64,000 nt of DNA, from assembly GCA_946620235.1 (NCBI GenBank), contig CAMONC010000001.1:414-64413 (forward strand), read 5' to 3'. Numbering within the stretch: position 1 is the stretch's first letter; every line of letters begins with the position of its first letter. A program made the position numbers and the translations under genes. Under the pieces are notes generated by a model, which searched no databases, had not been told where the DNA came from, and was given only the letters and a program-made list of their open reading frames with translations. Positions 1-8,645 of the stretch are shown piece after piece. The stretch comes from an uncultured Lachnospiraceae bacterium. Lineage in GTDB: Bacteria; Bacillota; Clostridia; Lachnospirales; Lachnospiraceae.

Positions 1-4
1 CCGC

Positions 5-23
5 TTCCAACAAACTTCCAACA
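5..23 (-). promoter_or_regulatory. Direct-repeat operator TTCCAACA-N3-TTCCAACA (11-bp period), second copy; probably upstream of the next minus-strand gene outside the window
   Basis: Exact 19-bp match (ttccaacaaacttccaaca) to 36041-36059; both copies intergenic and in the same orientation. Confidence 0.6.
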
Positions 24-76
24 TCGAATGCCGGCGGCAACGGGCCAAAATGAACCACTGACTCCGTCCCCGTGGG

Positions 77-2506
77 TCATGCAAGTCCCACCTCTTCGGC
101 GTAGGGTTCGAAGTCCGACTTGGTGAAGACCTTGCCGACCTTGACGAACTCGTACTTGATGGCGTTTAAGTAATGTCTCATATGCACCTCACCGTTGGCT
201 GTCGGATCGGCGGCTGCGAGGAAGGCGGCATTCAGGATACAGTTCTTGATATTACCACCCGCAAACTCATATTTCTCGGCGAGGAATCTGATATCCACAT
301 CCTCGGCCAGCGGAGTATCCTTCGGTATGGTCGTCTTCCAGAGCATCTCTCTGGTATCGACATCGGGGAACTGGAACTCCACGATGTACTTCATACGTCT
401 GAAGAATGCGGGGTCTATGTTGTGCTTGTAGTTGGTGGCCAGTACGCAGACACCGTCATATGCCTCCATCTCCTGAAGGAGCAACGCTGTCTTGTTGTTG
501 GCTGAGGCCTGGTTGGAGCCGCCGTCATCGGAACGCTTGGCGAATATGGTATCGCACTCGTCGAAAAAGAGTACGACATTACATTTCTTCGCTTCCCTGA
601 ATATCATTGACAGTGATTTCTCGGTCTCACCGACGTATTTATCCACAACCTTGGATATATCCACTCTGTACAGTTCCAGATTCAGCTCATGCGCGAGAAC
701 CTGGGCCATCATGGATTTACCGGTACCGGGAGCACCGAAGAGGAGTACCGTAAGTCCGCGTCCGTAAGGATACTTTCTCGTATAGTTCCATGATTCGTAG
801 ACCTGCTTCCTGTAGGTCATCTGCTCTATCGCATGCTCTATGGTCTCACGCTGGGTCGGATTCATGACGATATCGTCAAATCCGAACTTGGCCTCAACTC
901 TGGTGGCCTTCTGTGAGAGCTCGGAACTCATCTGGGCATAGCAGCCCTTGAAGAGACAGGCTCTGGATATCTTATCCTCCTTCTCCATATTGGAGAGTGA
1001 CTTGGCCTTGACCAGAGCATCATGTATCTTGCCCGATGTAAAGAGGAACTTGGTGGACATCTCCAGCAGATCCACGTCGTCGGCCAGCTCAAAGCCCTTG
1101 GAGAAATACTCCCAGCAGGTCAGACGCTCACCGGTGTCGGGTGTAGGCAGCTCAAGATCCGTAAACTCACTCTTGGTGACCTCACGGAAATCAATATAGA
1201 GCTTACTCATGGCGAACACCAGCACACCCTTCTCGGTAAGCTTGGAGAAAGCCAGATCCATGTAGCCGAAGAATTTCTCCTTCTCCTCATCATGGTAGGT
1301 AAGCTCTGTCAGACAGCAGCATGACTTGGTGAGAATACACTCTCTGGTAACCGACCACAGTGCTTTCTCAACAAAGCCGTAATCATATATGAACAGCTTC
1401 TTACAGTTAATGGCAACCGCGCGAAGGCCGTTCTCACGGCAGAAATGCTTCACGAAGAACCTTCGCCCGCTGCCGTCGTCGCCGTAGTAATAGAAGATGC
1501 GGACACCGTCATCATACGATATCTTCATGGCTTCAAGACGGCTTTCATTGGCCATGACGGGATCAAGCTCCTTATCGTCGGTCAGCATGTATATGAAGCG
1601 GTCGTAGTTCGCATCCAGTGCCAGGGGATTACGTCCGAAGAGGAAGTCGATCATACGCTTATCCGGTGATACGACAGTGCTGAAGGGCATGCTGTCATAT
1701 ACCTGCAGCGGCAGTACCGGGAGAAGCTGCTCGAGACATGCGGACATATCTCCGTACGCTCCGTTGATGGAGAAACCCGCCCCATAGAAAACCTTGGCTG
1801 CAGACTCTATGGTAGGTGCGGAGAGATTGGCATTCTCATTGATGATATGGAACACACCAGCGTAGTCTGTCTGTGTCGATGAGAGGATACCGCAGGCGAA
1901 GCAGAACTGGGTGAAGTACTCGAACTCCAGCCTCTGGCACAGCTCATAGAAGGGAAGCTCTATACCCTGCTCCACGGTGATCGCCGCACGACGGTTGATA
2001 GTCTCAAGACGTTCCACTATAGGCAGGCCGGCATCCTTGCGTATCTCATTCCATATCTCGCTGTCATCGTCACCCGGCTCATCGTCGGTCGCATCGAAGT
2101 CGAAACTGTTGCTGGCAGCGAAGTCCCCGAGCAGACCGAGGAGATCGTCGTCTATATCGTCATCATCATCTTCACCGAGTTCATCGGAGATACCCGTATC
2201 GGTATCGTCATCGGTATCATCATCCGCAACAGAATCCTCACCCGGACCTGCTGACTCATCCTCAGCCGTATCTGACGGCATCTTGTTCTTATACGACTCG
2301 GTCAGTCTCGAGTGGCAGGTAGCCTCAGCCAGCTCGATATCCGGATACATTATGTTCTTGTATCCGCCGTCGCCGTTCGCATATATGACCTTCAGGTGAG
2401 CGATATAGCTGTCGATGCTGGAGTTCACGCAGTCGAATACATACTGCATATACTCGCTGTAATCCTTAAAGGGCTGATTGTTTAATTCTTCATTGAAATT
2501 TGCCAT
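77..2506 (-). CDS. AAA+ ATPase, Afp15/Pvc15-like (CIS-associated)
   Basis: Intact C-terminal AAA domain (Walker A GAPGTGKS, VDKYVGETEK, Walker B FFDECD, LATN, AFFRR), degenerate first AAA domain (GDDGSGRR), acidic N-terminal insert; last gene of the CIS operon. Confidence 0.88.
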   Translation of the reverse strand: MANFNEELNNQPFKDYSEYMQYVFDCVNSSIDSYIAHLKVIYANGDGGYKNIMYPDIELAEATCHSRLTESYKNKMPSDTAEDESAGPGEDSVADDDTDDDTDTGISDELGEDDDDDIDDDLLGLLGDFAASNSFDFDATDDEPGDDDSEIWNEIRKDAGLPIVERLETINRRAAITVEQGIELPFYELCQRLEFEYFTQFCFACGILSSTQTDYAGVFHIINENANLSAPTIESAAKVFYGAGFSINGAYGDMSACLEQLLPVLPLQVYDSMPFSTVVSPDKRMIDFLFGRNPLALDANYDRFIYMLTDDKELDPVMANESRLEAMKISYDDGVRIFYYYGDDGSGRRFFVKHFCRENGLRAVAINCKKLFIYDYGFVEKALWSVTRECILTKSCCCLTELTYHDEEKEKFFGYMDLAFSKLTEKGVLVFAMSKLYIDFREVTKSEFTDLELPTPDTGERLTCWEYFSKGFELADDVDLLEMSTKFLFTSGKIHDALVKAKSLSNMEKEDKISRACLFKGCYAQMSSELSQKATRVEAKFGFDDIVMNPTQRETIEHAIEQMTYRKQVYESWNYTRKYPYGRGLTVLLFGAPGTGKSMMAQVLAHELNLELYRVDISKVVDKYVGETEKSLSMIFREAKKCNVVLFFDECDTIFAKRSDDGGSNQASANNKTALLLQEMEAYDGVCVLATNYKHNIDPAFFRRMKYIVEFQFPDVDTREMLWKTTIPKDTPLAEDVDIRFLAEKYEFAGGNIKNCILNAAFLAAADPTANGEVHMRHYLNAIKYEFVKVGKVFTKSDFEPYAEEVGLA

Positions 2507-2532
2507 ATCCGTTTCCTGCTATCGCAAAACAC

Positions 2533-2763
2533 TCATGAACCTGTATGGAACACCGCTTCGCGGTCGAACACACTCTTGGCCGTATTGATCCCGGTCTGGT
2601 TCTTTATATCAAAAACCCCCGCCTCGGTGTCGTTTATGAAAGGTTGGCGTTTGCGGACATCATACATGTAGGTTTCTTCCTCTTCGTCGTAATATCCGCT
2701 GCCGATCTTTATATCCTTCTCGTTCTTCTCTTTATTCTTACGTATCAGGTCATCATTGATCAT
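2533..2763 (-). CDS. Small hypothetical protein (76 aa)
   Basis: ATGA overlap with the upstream SH3 gene; fills the operon gap. Confidence 0.55.
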   Translation of the reverse strand: MINDDLIRKNKEKNEKDIKIGSGYYDEEEETYMYDVRKRQPFINDTEAGVFDIKNQTGINTAKSVFDREAVFHTGS

Positions 2764-3491
2764 TGTGCGGCAGTCTCCGTGTCTGCAGTCGCGTCCTCAG
2801 CGGCGGACGGCTCCGTGAGTGCGTCACCCTCGGCCGGTTCCGTCTCCGATCCATCCTTTAGGAGTGTGGTGAACTGGGGCGCCGTCAGTTCCTCGGTGGG
2901 AGCTTCCACCATATCGATGAAATCCGCGGGGAACGTCTCCTCTGTAAGCTCTGTGACCGCCAGATACCGGGTGGATAGATAGCCCTCCCTGCCCGAGTTC
3001 GATACGACCTTGCACCACTCGTTGCCGGGTTCGGTGATATACCCTCCGGTGCCGGGGAAAAGCTTCGTGATGACTGAAGCGTCTTCACTCGGTCCGGTAC
3101 GGAATCTCAAGTCAGGCTGTGTATTGGTCGTCCTGAATGAGAAATATCTGATCTCGAACACCTCAGGTTCGGGTTCGGGTTCCGGTTCAGGCTCAGGGGC
3201 AGGTTCGGCCGGCTCGGGCTCAGCCTGCTCAGGTTCGGGTTCGGCCGGCTCGGGTTCCTGAACCGTCGTTGTGACATCTGTCACATCACCGGTGGGCTCT
3301 GTCGCCGCCGGTTCAGCCACCTCTGCGGACTCTCCTATCACTGTCTGTGTCAGGGCGGCCGGCTTGGCGCCGTAGGATTTACGGTCCCGGTTAAATACCG
3401 AGCTTTTACCTCCCAGCAGTATCAGCGCAAACAGCGCCACTATTATGTAGAATACAGCTAATGCTATGAATATCCTTAAGTTCCTTTTCAT
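2760..3491 (-). CDS. Membrane-anchored bacterial SH3 (SH3b) domain protein with Glu-Pro linker
   Basis: N-terminal TM helix, (EP)n spacer, LRFRTGPS..ASVITKL..G...EWCKV...GREGYLSTRYL SH3b signature. Confidence 0.85.
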   Translation of the reverse strand: MKRNLRIFIALAVFYIIVALFALILLGGKSSVFNRDRKSYGAKPAALTQTVIGESAEVAEPAATEPTGDVTDVTTTVQEPEPAEPEPEQAEPEPAEPAPEPEPEPEPEPEVFEIRYFSFRTTNTQPDLRFRTGPSEDASVITKLFPGTGGYITEPGNEWCKVVSNSGREGYLSTRYLAVTELTEETFPADFIDMVEAPTEELTAPQFTTLLKDGSETEPAEGDALTEPSAAEDATADTETAAQ

Positions 3492-3544
3492 TATACTTAT
3501 CTCAACCTATACCGATCTTATCAATTCAAAACACAGCCCGCACA

Positions 3545-4432
3545 TCATGACGTGGGCAGCTGTATGTATATCCCCATGCCGCTTCCCTCGGGACTTCTTG
3601 CATAGATCGTGCCGCCGTAATGCTCTACGATGGCCTTGGCCTGTGTAAGCCCCAGACCGTTTCCGCTGATACGGTTCGATCCCTGGTAATTGAGCTCAAA
3701 TATATGCTTGGTTTCGTTTTCGGGCAGCCCCTTGCCGGTATCCTTGAGCACGATGAATATATCATCCTCTATGGCGGATATGGTCACCACGAGAGTACCC
3801 TCGGTCTGCATATACTTGATGGAATTATCTATGATATTGCGGAACATGATGAGCAGACGCTTGGCACTCGCATGTACCATCAGTTTATCGGAGGCAGTGG
3901 AGATATTGACTCTGAGCCCTGCCTCTCTGGCCGCATCCGCGAGCTCGGCTATCGCACGTCTGGCCACATCTATGATATCGACCGTGACGGCTGGATCCTC
4001 ATCATCCGGAGGAAGCAGGCCCTCGACAGAGGAATCGGAGGGAGTGACCGCTGCGGCCTCCTCCGCAGCACGTACCTGCTGTTCTTCGGCAGCCTGAAGC
4101 GCAGCCTCGGTGGTACCGAGCTTGGATACCAGATCATCTATCTGCAGCTGCATCCTGCGTATGTCGGAGTTCTTCTCCTCGATGGACCGGTCACACTCAG
4201 CCCGCAGCTGCTCTTTCTCAGCCTTGAGCATACCTATCTCCTGCTGCAGATGCTCGGCTCCGGTATAGTCGTTGTGCGTCGCATAACACATATATGCAAA
4301 GGCAACCATAGAGAGTGTGAAGAGAAGAAAGAATACCAGCACATACGGCAGCGGCATCGTAAACCCTGCCAATATGGTCAGTACATAGAATATGCTCGCT
4401 GCTATTATCGCCAATTTCTGCGAATTTCTCAT
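3545..4432 (-). CDS. Membrane GHKL/HATPase_c kinase lacking a recognisable HisKA H-box
   Basis: Two TM helices, coiled coil, N-box NIIDNSIKY, G1 DTGKG, F-box IFE, G2 GNGLGL; no H-box motif seen. Confidence 0.8.
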   Translation of the reverse strand: MRNSQKLAIIAASIFYVLTILAGFTMPLPYVLVFFLLFTLSMVAFAYMCYATHNDYTGAEHLQQEIGMLKAEKEQLRAECDRSIEEKNSDIRRMQLQIDDLVSKLGTTEAALQAAEEQQVRAAEEAAAVTPSDSSVEGLLPPDDEDPAVTVDIIDVARRAIAELADAAREAGLRVNISTASDKLMVHASAKRLLIMFRNIIDNSIKYMQTEGTLVVTISAIEDDIFIVLKDTGKGLPENETKHIFELNYQGSNRISGNGLGLTQAKAIVEHYGGTIYARSPEGSGMGIYIQLPTS

Positions 4433-5124
4433 TTTATGTAAACCTCCGAGTCATTTATTTTTTCCCTGCTGCCTGTAAGCTCATCGAGATCTATCCTGCG
4501 TCTGTGAGCGGCTTCCGCTGCCGACAGATCGTGTGTAGCCATGATGATCGTGATCTTTTGCCTGTGTATGATATCCAGAAGTCTCAGAATCTCCGCAGTC
4601 GATACGGGATCCAGATTACCGGTGGGCTCATCGACCAGCAGAAGCTTGGGATGATTGATCACCGCTCTCGCCAGGCACACCTTCTGCTGCTCTCCTCCTG
4701 ACATCTGGCGCGGATATCTCTTATGCAGATGGTCGATCCCGAGCATGGTGAGCACATGGGTGATCTTGGTCTCGGCATCCCTACCGCTGCCTCCGGTAGC
4801 AAGTATCGCCGCCGCGAGATTATCATACACGTTCACATCGGGGATGAGTCTGAAATCCTGAAACAGCACACCTATATCTCTGCGGTAGAATGGGATCCTC
4901 CTCCGGGGTATGTTGCGCAGGTTTACGCCGTCCACGATGATATCTCCCGATGTCGGCTCTATCTCCTTGAGCAGCATCTTGAGAAGTGTCGTCTTACCGC
5001 TGCCGCTCGCTCCGGTCAGTACGACGAACTCATCATCCGCTATCTCGGCGGAGAAGTCATCGTATACCACCGGTGCCCCGTCTTCATCCTCATATGAATG
5101 ACTGATATGGGAAAAGGTGATCAT
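4429..5124 (-). CDS. FtsE/LolD-like ABC ATPase with no adjacent permease
   Basis: Walker A GASGSGKT, RRDIGVLFQDFRL, signature MSGGEQQ, Walker B LLVDEPTGNLD, ATHD. Confidence 0.88.
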   Translation of the reverse strand: MITFSHISHSYEDEDGAPVVYDDFSAEIADDEFVVLTGASGSGKTTLLKMLLKEIEPTSGDIIVDGVNLRNIPRRRIPFYRRDIGVLFQDFRLIPDVNVYDNLAAAILATGGSGRDAETKITHVLTMLGIDHLHKRYPRQMSGGEQQKVCLARAVINHPKLLLVDEPTGNLDPVSTAEILRLLDIIHRQKITIIMATHDLSAAEAAHRRRIDLDELTGSREKINDSEVYIK

Positions 5125-5426
5125 TGGATTGCCAGTGCCTTATCAAGTCCCGTCACACGCAAGATGTCCTTCACGGGGTCGGTCACGTTGATCACGGTGA
5201 ATCGGCCGCCCTTGCTCGCCGCCGTCTTCTGCCCGATCATCAGACCTCTTAAGCCTGCGCTGGAGACGTACTGGACCCCTTCCATATTCAGGATCACATT
5301 GCCTGATTTCTGAAACCCCTTGAGTATGGCATTCTGGAATTCAGTGGCGGCTATGGCATCGATCTTGCCGCTCACATTGAGCTGGACCATGCCCTCTCCT
5401 TTTATTTCTTCTACGTTCATACTCAC
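5121..5426 (-). CDS. STAS-domain anti-sigma-factor antagonist (SpoIIAA/RsbV-like)
   Basis: SGKIDA...YVSSAGLR (phosphoacceptor Ser)...ILRVTGLD; 101 aa. Confidence 0.9.
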   Translation of the reverse strand: MSMNVEEIKGEGMVQLNVSGKIDAIAATEFQNAILKGFQKSGNVILNMEGVQYVSSAGLRGLMIGQKTAASKGGRFTVINVTDPVKDILRVTGLDKALAIQ

Positions 5427-5436
5427 TCCTCTGTAC

Positions 5437-6495
5437 TTATGTCAGAACAAACGCTCCGTCATATAATGCTTCTTCATCCAGGATCATCTGCTTGTCGGCG
5501 GGGATGGCGGCATTCATATCCAGATATGAGTTGCCGTCCATGACTGCCTCGTGCTCCATCTGCAGTATCCTGAGTTTCGTACGCAGGGGTTTGAACTGAT
5601 CCACCATGAATGTCAGCTGGTGTCTGAGTTCCTCGGTCAGCTTGCGGTTCACGAGTATCGTGATGTCAAACACTCCGCCTCCCTGCATTCTGTTCTCCAG
5701 TATCACGGGCTCCTCACCCAGTATTATCGTCAGTATCCTCTCGATACCCTTGCGCGTGCCTTTGAGCTTGTTCAGCGTATAGGCTTCCCTGACTATCCTG
5801 CGCAGTACATCCTCTTCGAGGAATCCGCCCTTCAAGTCTATACCGAACCAGGAACCGTACATCTCGAGCAGCTCGGGGGAGCAGGTATTTAAGTCAAGCA
5901 TCTCATAGAGATGTTCGTTCTGCTCCGAGATATCATTATATATGCTCGAAAACACCGACAGGTACCTGTGGAAGAAGCTGTTCCTCTCCTGATATACCTG
6001 CGGAAACGTATCCATGAAGTTATCACCCACGGCGCTTACTCTGATCCTGTCTATGGAAGCTCCTCCGTATCCCATCATCTCTATGGCGATGTAGAGGTAT
6101 CTCCCCTGCAGGTCATACAGTACCGCGTCCTCACAGTTGACCAGACGCTTCGCTCCGTGCCCGGTCATAAATCCTATCTTATCATACGGACTGATATCGG
6201 GTGCGCACAGCATATCCGCTATGGAGATGAGCCCGTGCTCATCGGTACGAACCTCCGTATGATCCGTGGCCAGGAGATATATATAGCATACCATCTCCTC
6301 GGATATATCAAGTCCGGCGCTGATGCGTCCCCACTCGGATCCGTCGTTCACACCGTCCAGCGGGCGGAAGAAGATATGATGCTCGTGCGCACTCTCATCC
6401 AGAGTGATACGCCCGTCAGTGTCGTACGTAAATCCCTGCACATATGCGCTCTTTATTCTGTTGCTTTTGATCGAATACCATATACCGTTAGCCAT
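5437..6495 (-). CDS. CIS baseplate protein with phage P2 gpI-like tail domain
   Basis: FPQVYQE..FFHRYLSVF...LEMYGSWFG...LKGTRKGIERIL motif; follows the baseplate J genes. Confidence 0.8.
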   Translation of the reverse strand: MANGIWYSIKSNRIKSAYVQGFTYDTDGRITLDESAHEHHIFFRPLDGVNDGSEWGRISAGLDISEEMVCYIYLLATDHTEVRTDEHGLISIADMLCAPDISPYDKIGFMTGHGAKRLVNCEDAVLYDLQGRYLYIAIEMMGYGGASIDRIRVSAVGDNFMDTFPQVYQERNSFFHRYLSVFSSIYNDISEQNEHLYEMLDLNTCSPELLEMYGSWFGIDLKGGFLEEDVLRRIVREAYTLNKLKGTRKGIERILTIILGEEPVILENRMQGGGVFDITILVNRKLTEELRHQLTFMVDQFKPLRTKLRILQMEHEAVMDGNSYLDMNAAIPADKQMILDEEALYDGAFVLT

Positions 6496-6514
6496 TTATC
6501 TCTCCGGTGTCATC

Positions 6515-8605
6515 TCATTTATCGGATGTAACTATCTGTATCTGAATACTGCCGGGATAGATCAGGCAGTCATAGCGCGGTATGATGTCATACTCCTTAA
6601 GCTGGGCCAGCTTGGAGTTCTCCGTATGGAGCGACAGTTCATACACATACTCCACGCATGGCAGCTCCTCTATCGCATGGAAGACATCCTCGAACCTGAG
6701 TGTCTCGCCTATGTTATGATCCGAATTCATATAATCGAGTCTGCTGTATATGCGTTCCTCGATCTGCTCCCTGCAGTCCGCGAAATGTCTCTTGACATAC
6801 ACCGTCGCCTTGACCCCTACCGGAGCATAGACGGGCTGAAGTATCCTGAACTTGGCGGTGATGAGTCTCCTCTCTTCAAGCCTCGATGATATCCTCTGTC
6901 TGTATATCTCACTGAGCTTCGGAAATCTCTCATCCGTGTCAGGCAGCACCACCACGCTCACGAGATTCTCTCTTTCATCCATCACGGCGCGTGTCTTACG
7001 GATACACAGTCCCGGTGTGGTACTTACTATCGACTCATAATCCCCGGCGGTGACTGCGGTATACGGTGTACGCATATCCCTGATGAATCTGCCTCTGACA
7101 TCCTGAAGTGTCTCTCTGTAGACGCCGCCCGTGCCTTCACCCGGATTATAGAATGTCACGGGTATATCCCCGTCATCCATGCTCACTTTATTTCCGGCGG
7201 AGATATTTCCTCTGGGACCGGATGTAACGGCCGCGCTGCCCATATACAGATCCGCCCCTATGAAGTCGCCCGCATCCTCTATGACTATACGTCCCTCGTT
7301 CTCGAGGAGGTGATAGTACAGTGCACCGGGGGATTTCTTCTCCGGTCTGACGAAGTCATATGTATAACCCTCCTCATCCTGCCTCCTGGCTATGAGGAAG
7401 AAGCTCTCGCTCACGATATGTTCCAGAGGAAGTGCGATCTCCTGATCGTCATATCCTATAACCGTACCGACATTGTAGCGTCTCATGATCTGCTCGTTAT
7501 ACAGGATGACTCTGACGCACTCCTTGCCCTTCGACGGTGCATATCCGTACTCGCGTCCGTCGAATATGAAGGTCATGCCGTCCTCTGTCTCCCTGTATCT
7601 GCAGAAGCGGCCGCGCATGCCGCCACCGGTCACCAGTTCATACCTGCGGTACGGCTCACCGCGTCCGTCACGTCCGAAGACGAGATAGTACACATCGTGC
7701 CCTATGGGCGATCTGACCGTTACACGGTCGGCTCTCGAGAAAGCCTGTGAATATGCGTATGTATCCTTTTGCCACACCTCAAACAGGAATCCGTAGAGAT
7801 TAGTCATCTTCGGCACGATATCATAGTCCGCACGCTTAAGGACCGCCCTGAGGCAATAACCGGTTACCGGAGTATCGCTGAATACCGTGGGCTCAGTATC
7901 GGGCAGGGATATGCGTATCTCCCCGCTGCCGCTGAATGCGCCCGTGAAATCGCGCACGCTTAAGGTCTCCCAGCCGTCTGCCGTATGGATCTGCCATTCC
8001 ACATCCGCGAAGATGTGCTCGGTCCGGTTCTCGGTCTGATTGCGTCTGCTGTTTATCACCATCCTGATATACATGATGATCTCATGCAGTCCGCTCAGGT
8101 CGGCATCGAATATGATATAGAGAGCATTGTCCGCTTCCGGATGCTCACCGAATATACGTGCGGGTACGGCCAGCTCACGATCCAGCACGAAGCTGATATC
8201 CTTATACCCGTCTTTATCCCCGGCATAGACCGCGGTTACGCGTCCGGCGCCTGCTGTCGTCTCCCTGTTGGTCTCAAAGCAGATGTCACCCAGATGGAAT
8301 CTCTGTCCGGACATAAGCGTAAGCGGTGTTTCGAGTTCATCGGCCGACAGCAGAACCCTCGAGCACTTGCCTCTGGCAGGAGTGAATCCGGCCATCTTGA
8401 GCAGCGCCATACGCGCACGATAGCTTAGAGCCACGATCTCAGCACCCTGCAGGGCCGAGAAAGCGGTCAGGTTCTCCAGGATGGTGATACCGGGGTCCGA
8501 GGGATTATAATTGGTCCACTCCGAGCTTCTTAAGGGAAGTTCCCTAAGAATGTCGTCCATCCTCTCTTCATATGTTCTGCCTTGAAGCTGTTCAACTCTG
8601 AGCAT
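6515..8605 (-). CDS. Baseplate J/gp6-like wedge protein (Afp11-like)
   Basis: EWTNYNPSDPGITILE N-terminal motif; TAVTAGDYE motif; C-terminal J-like domain. Confidence 0.88.
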   Translation of the reverse strand: MLRVEQLQGRTYEERMDDILRELPLRSSEWTNYNPSDPGITILENLTAFSALQGAEIVALSYRARMALLKMAGFTPARGKCSRVLLSADELETPLTLMSGQRFHLGDICFETNRETTAGAGRVTAVYAGDKDGYKDISFVLDRELAVPARIFGEHPEADNALYIIFDADLSGLHEIIMYIRMVINSRRNQTENRTEHIFADVEWQIHTADGWETLSVRDFTGAFSGSGEIRISLPDTEPTVFSDTPVTGYCLRAVLKRADYDIVPKMTNLYGFLFEVWQKDTYAYSQAFSRADRVTVRSPIGHDVYYLVFGRDGRGEPYRRYELVTGGGMRGRFCRYRETEDGMTFIFDGREYGYAPSKGKECVRVILYNEQIMRRYNVGTVIGYDDQEIALPLEHIVSESFFLIARRQDEEGYTYDFVRPEKKSPGALYYHLLENEGRIVIEDAGDFIGADLYMGSAAVTSGPRGNISAGNKVSMDDGDIPVTFYNPGEGTGGVYRETLQDVRGRFIRDMRTPYTAVTAGDYESIVSTTPGLCIRKTRAVMDERENLVSVVVLPDTDERFPKLSEIYRQRISSRLEERRLITAKFRILQPVYAPVGVKATVYVKRHFADCREQIEERIYSRLDYMNSDHNIGETLRFEDVFHAIEELPCVEYVYELSLHTENSKLAQLKEYDIIPRYDCLIYPGSIQIQIVTSDK

Positions 8606-8645
8606 TATTCAGTGCCTCTGTTTTCCTCCGTGACATACCCGTATG

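Noticed and set aside
3620-4441. Long plus-strand ORFs (also 23007-23828, 36076-36921, 44673-45641, 60942-61817 and many shorter ones)
   Set aside because: Antisense shadows of well-supported minus-strand genes with no recognisable motifs
4429-5124. Calling this the housekeeping cell-division ftsE
   Set aside because: No ftsX follows and the gene is embedded in the CIS operon, so it is reported only as FtsE-like
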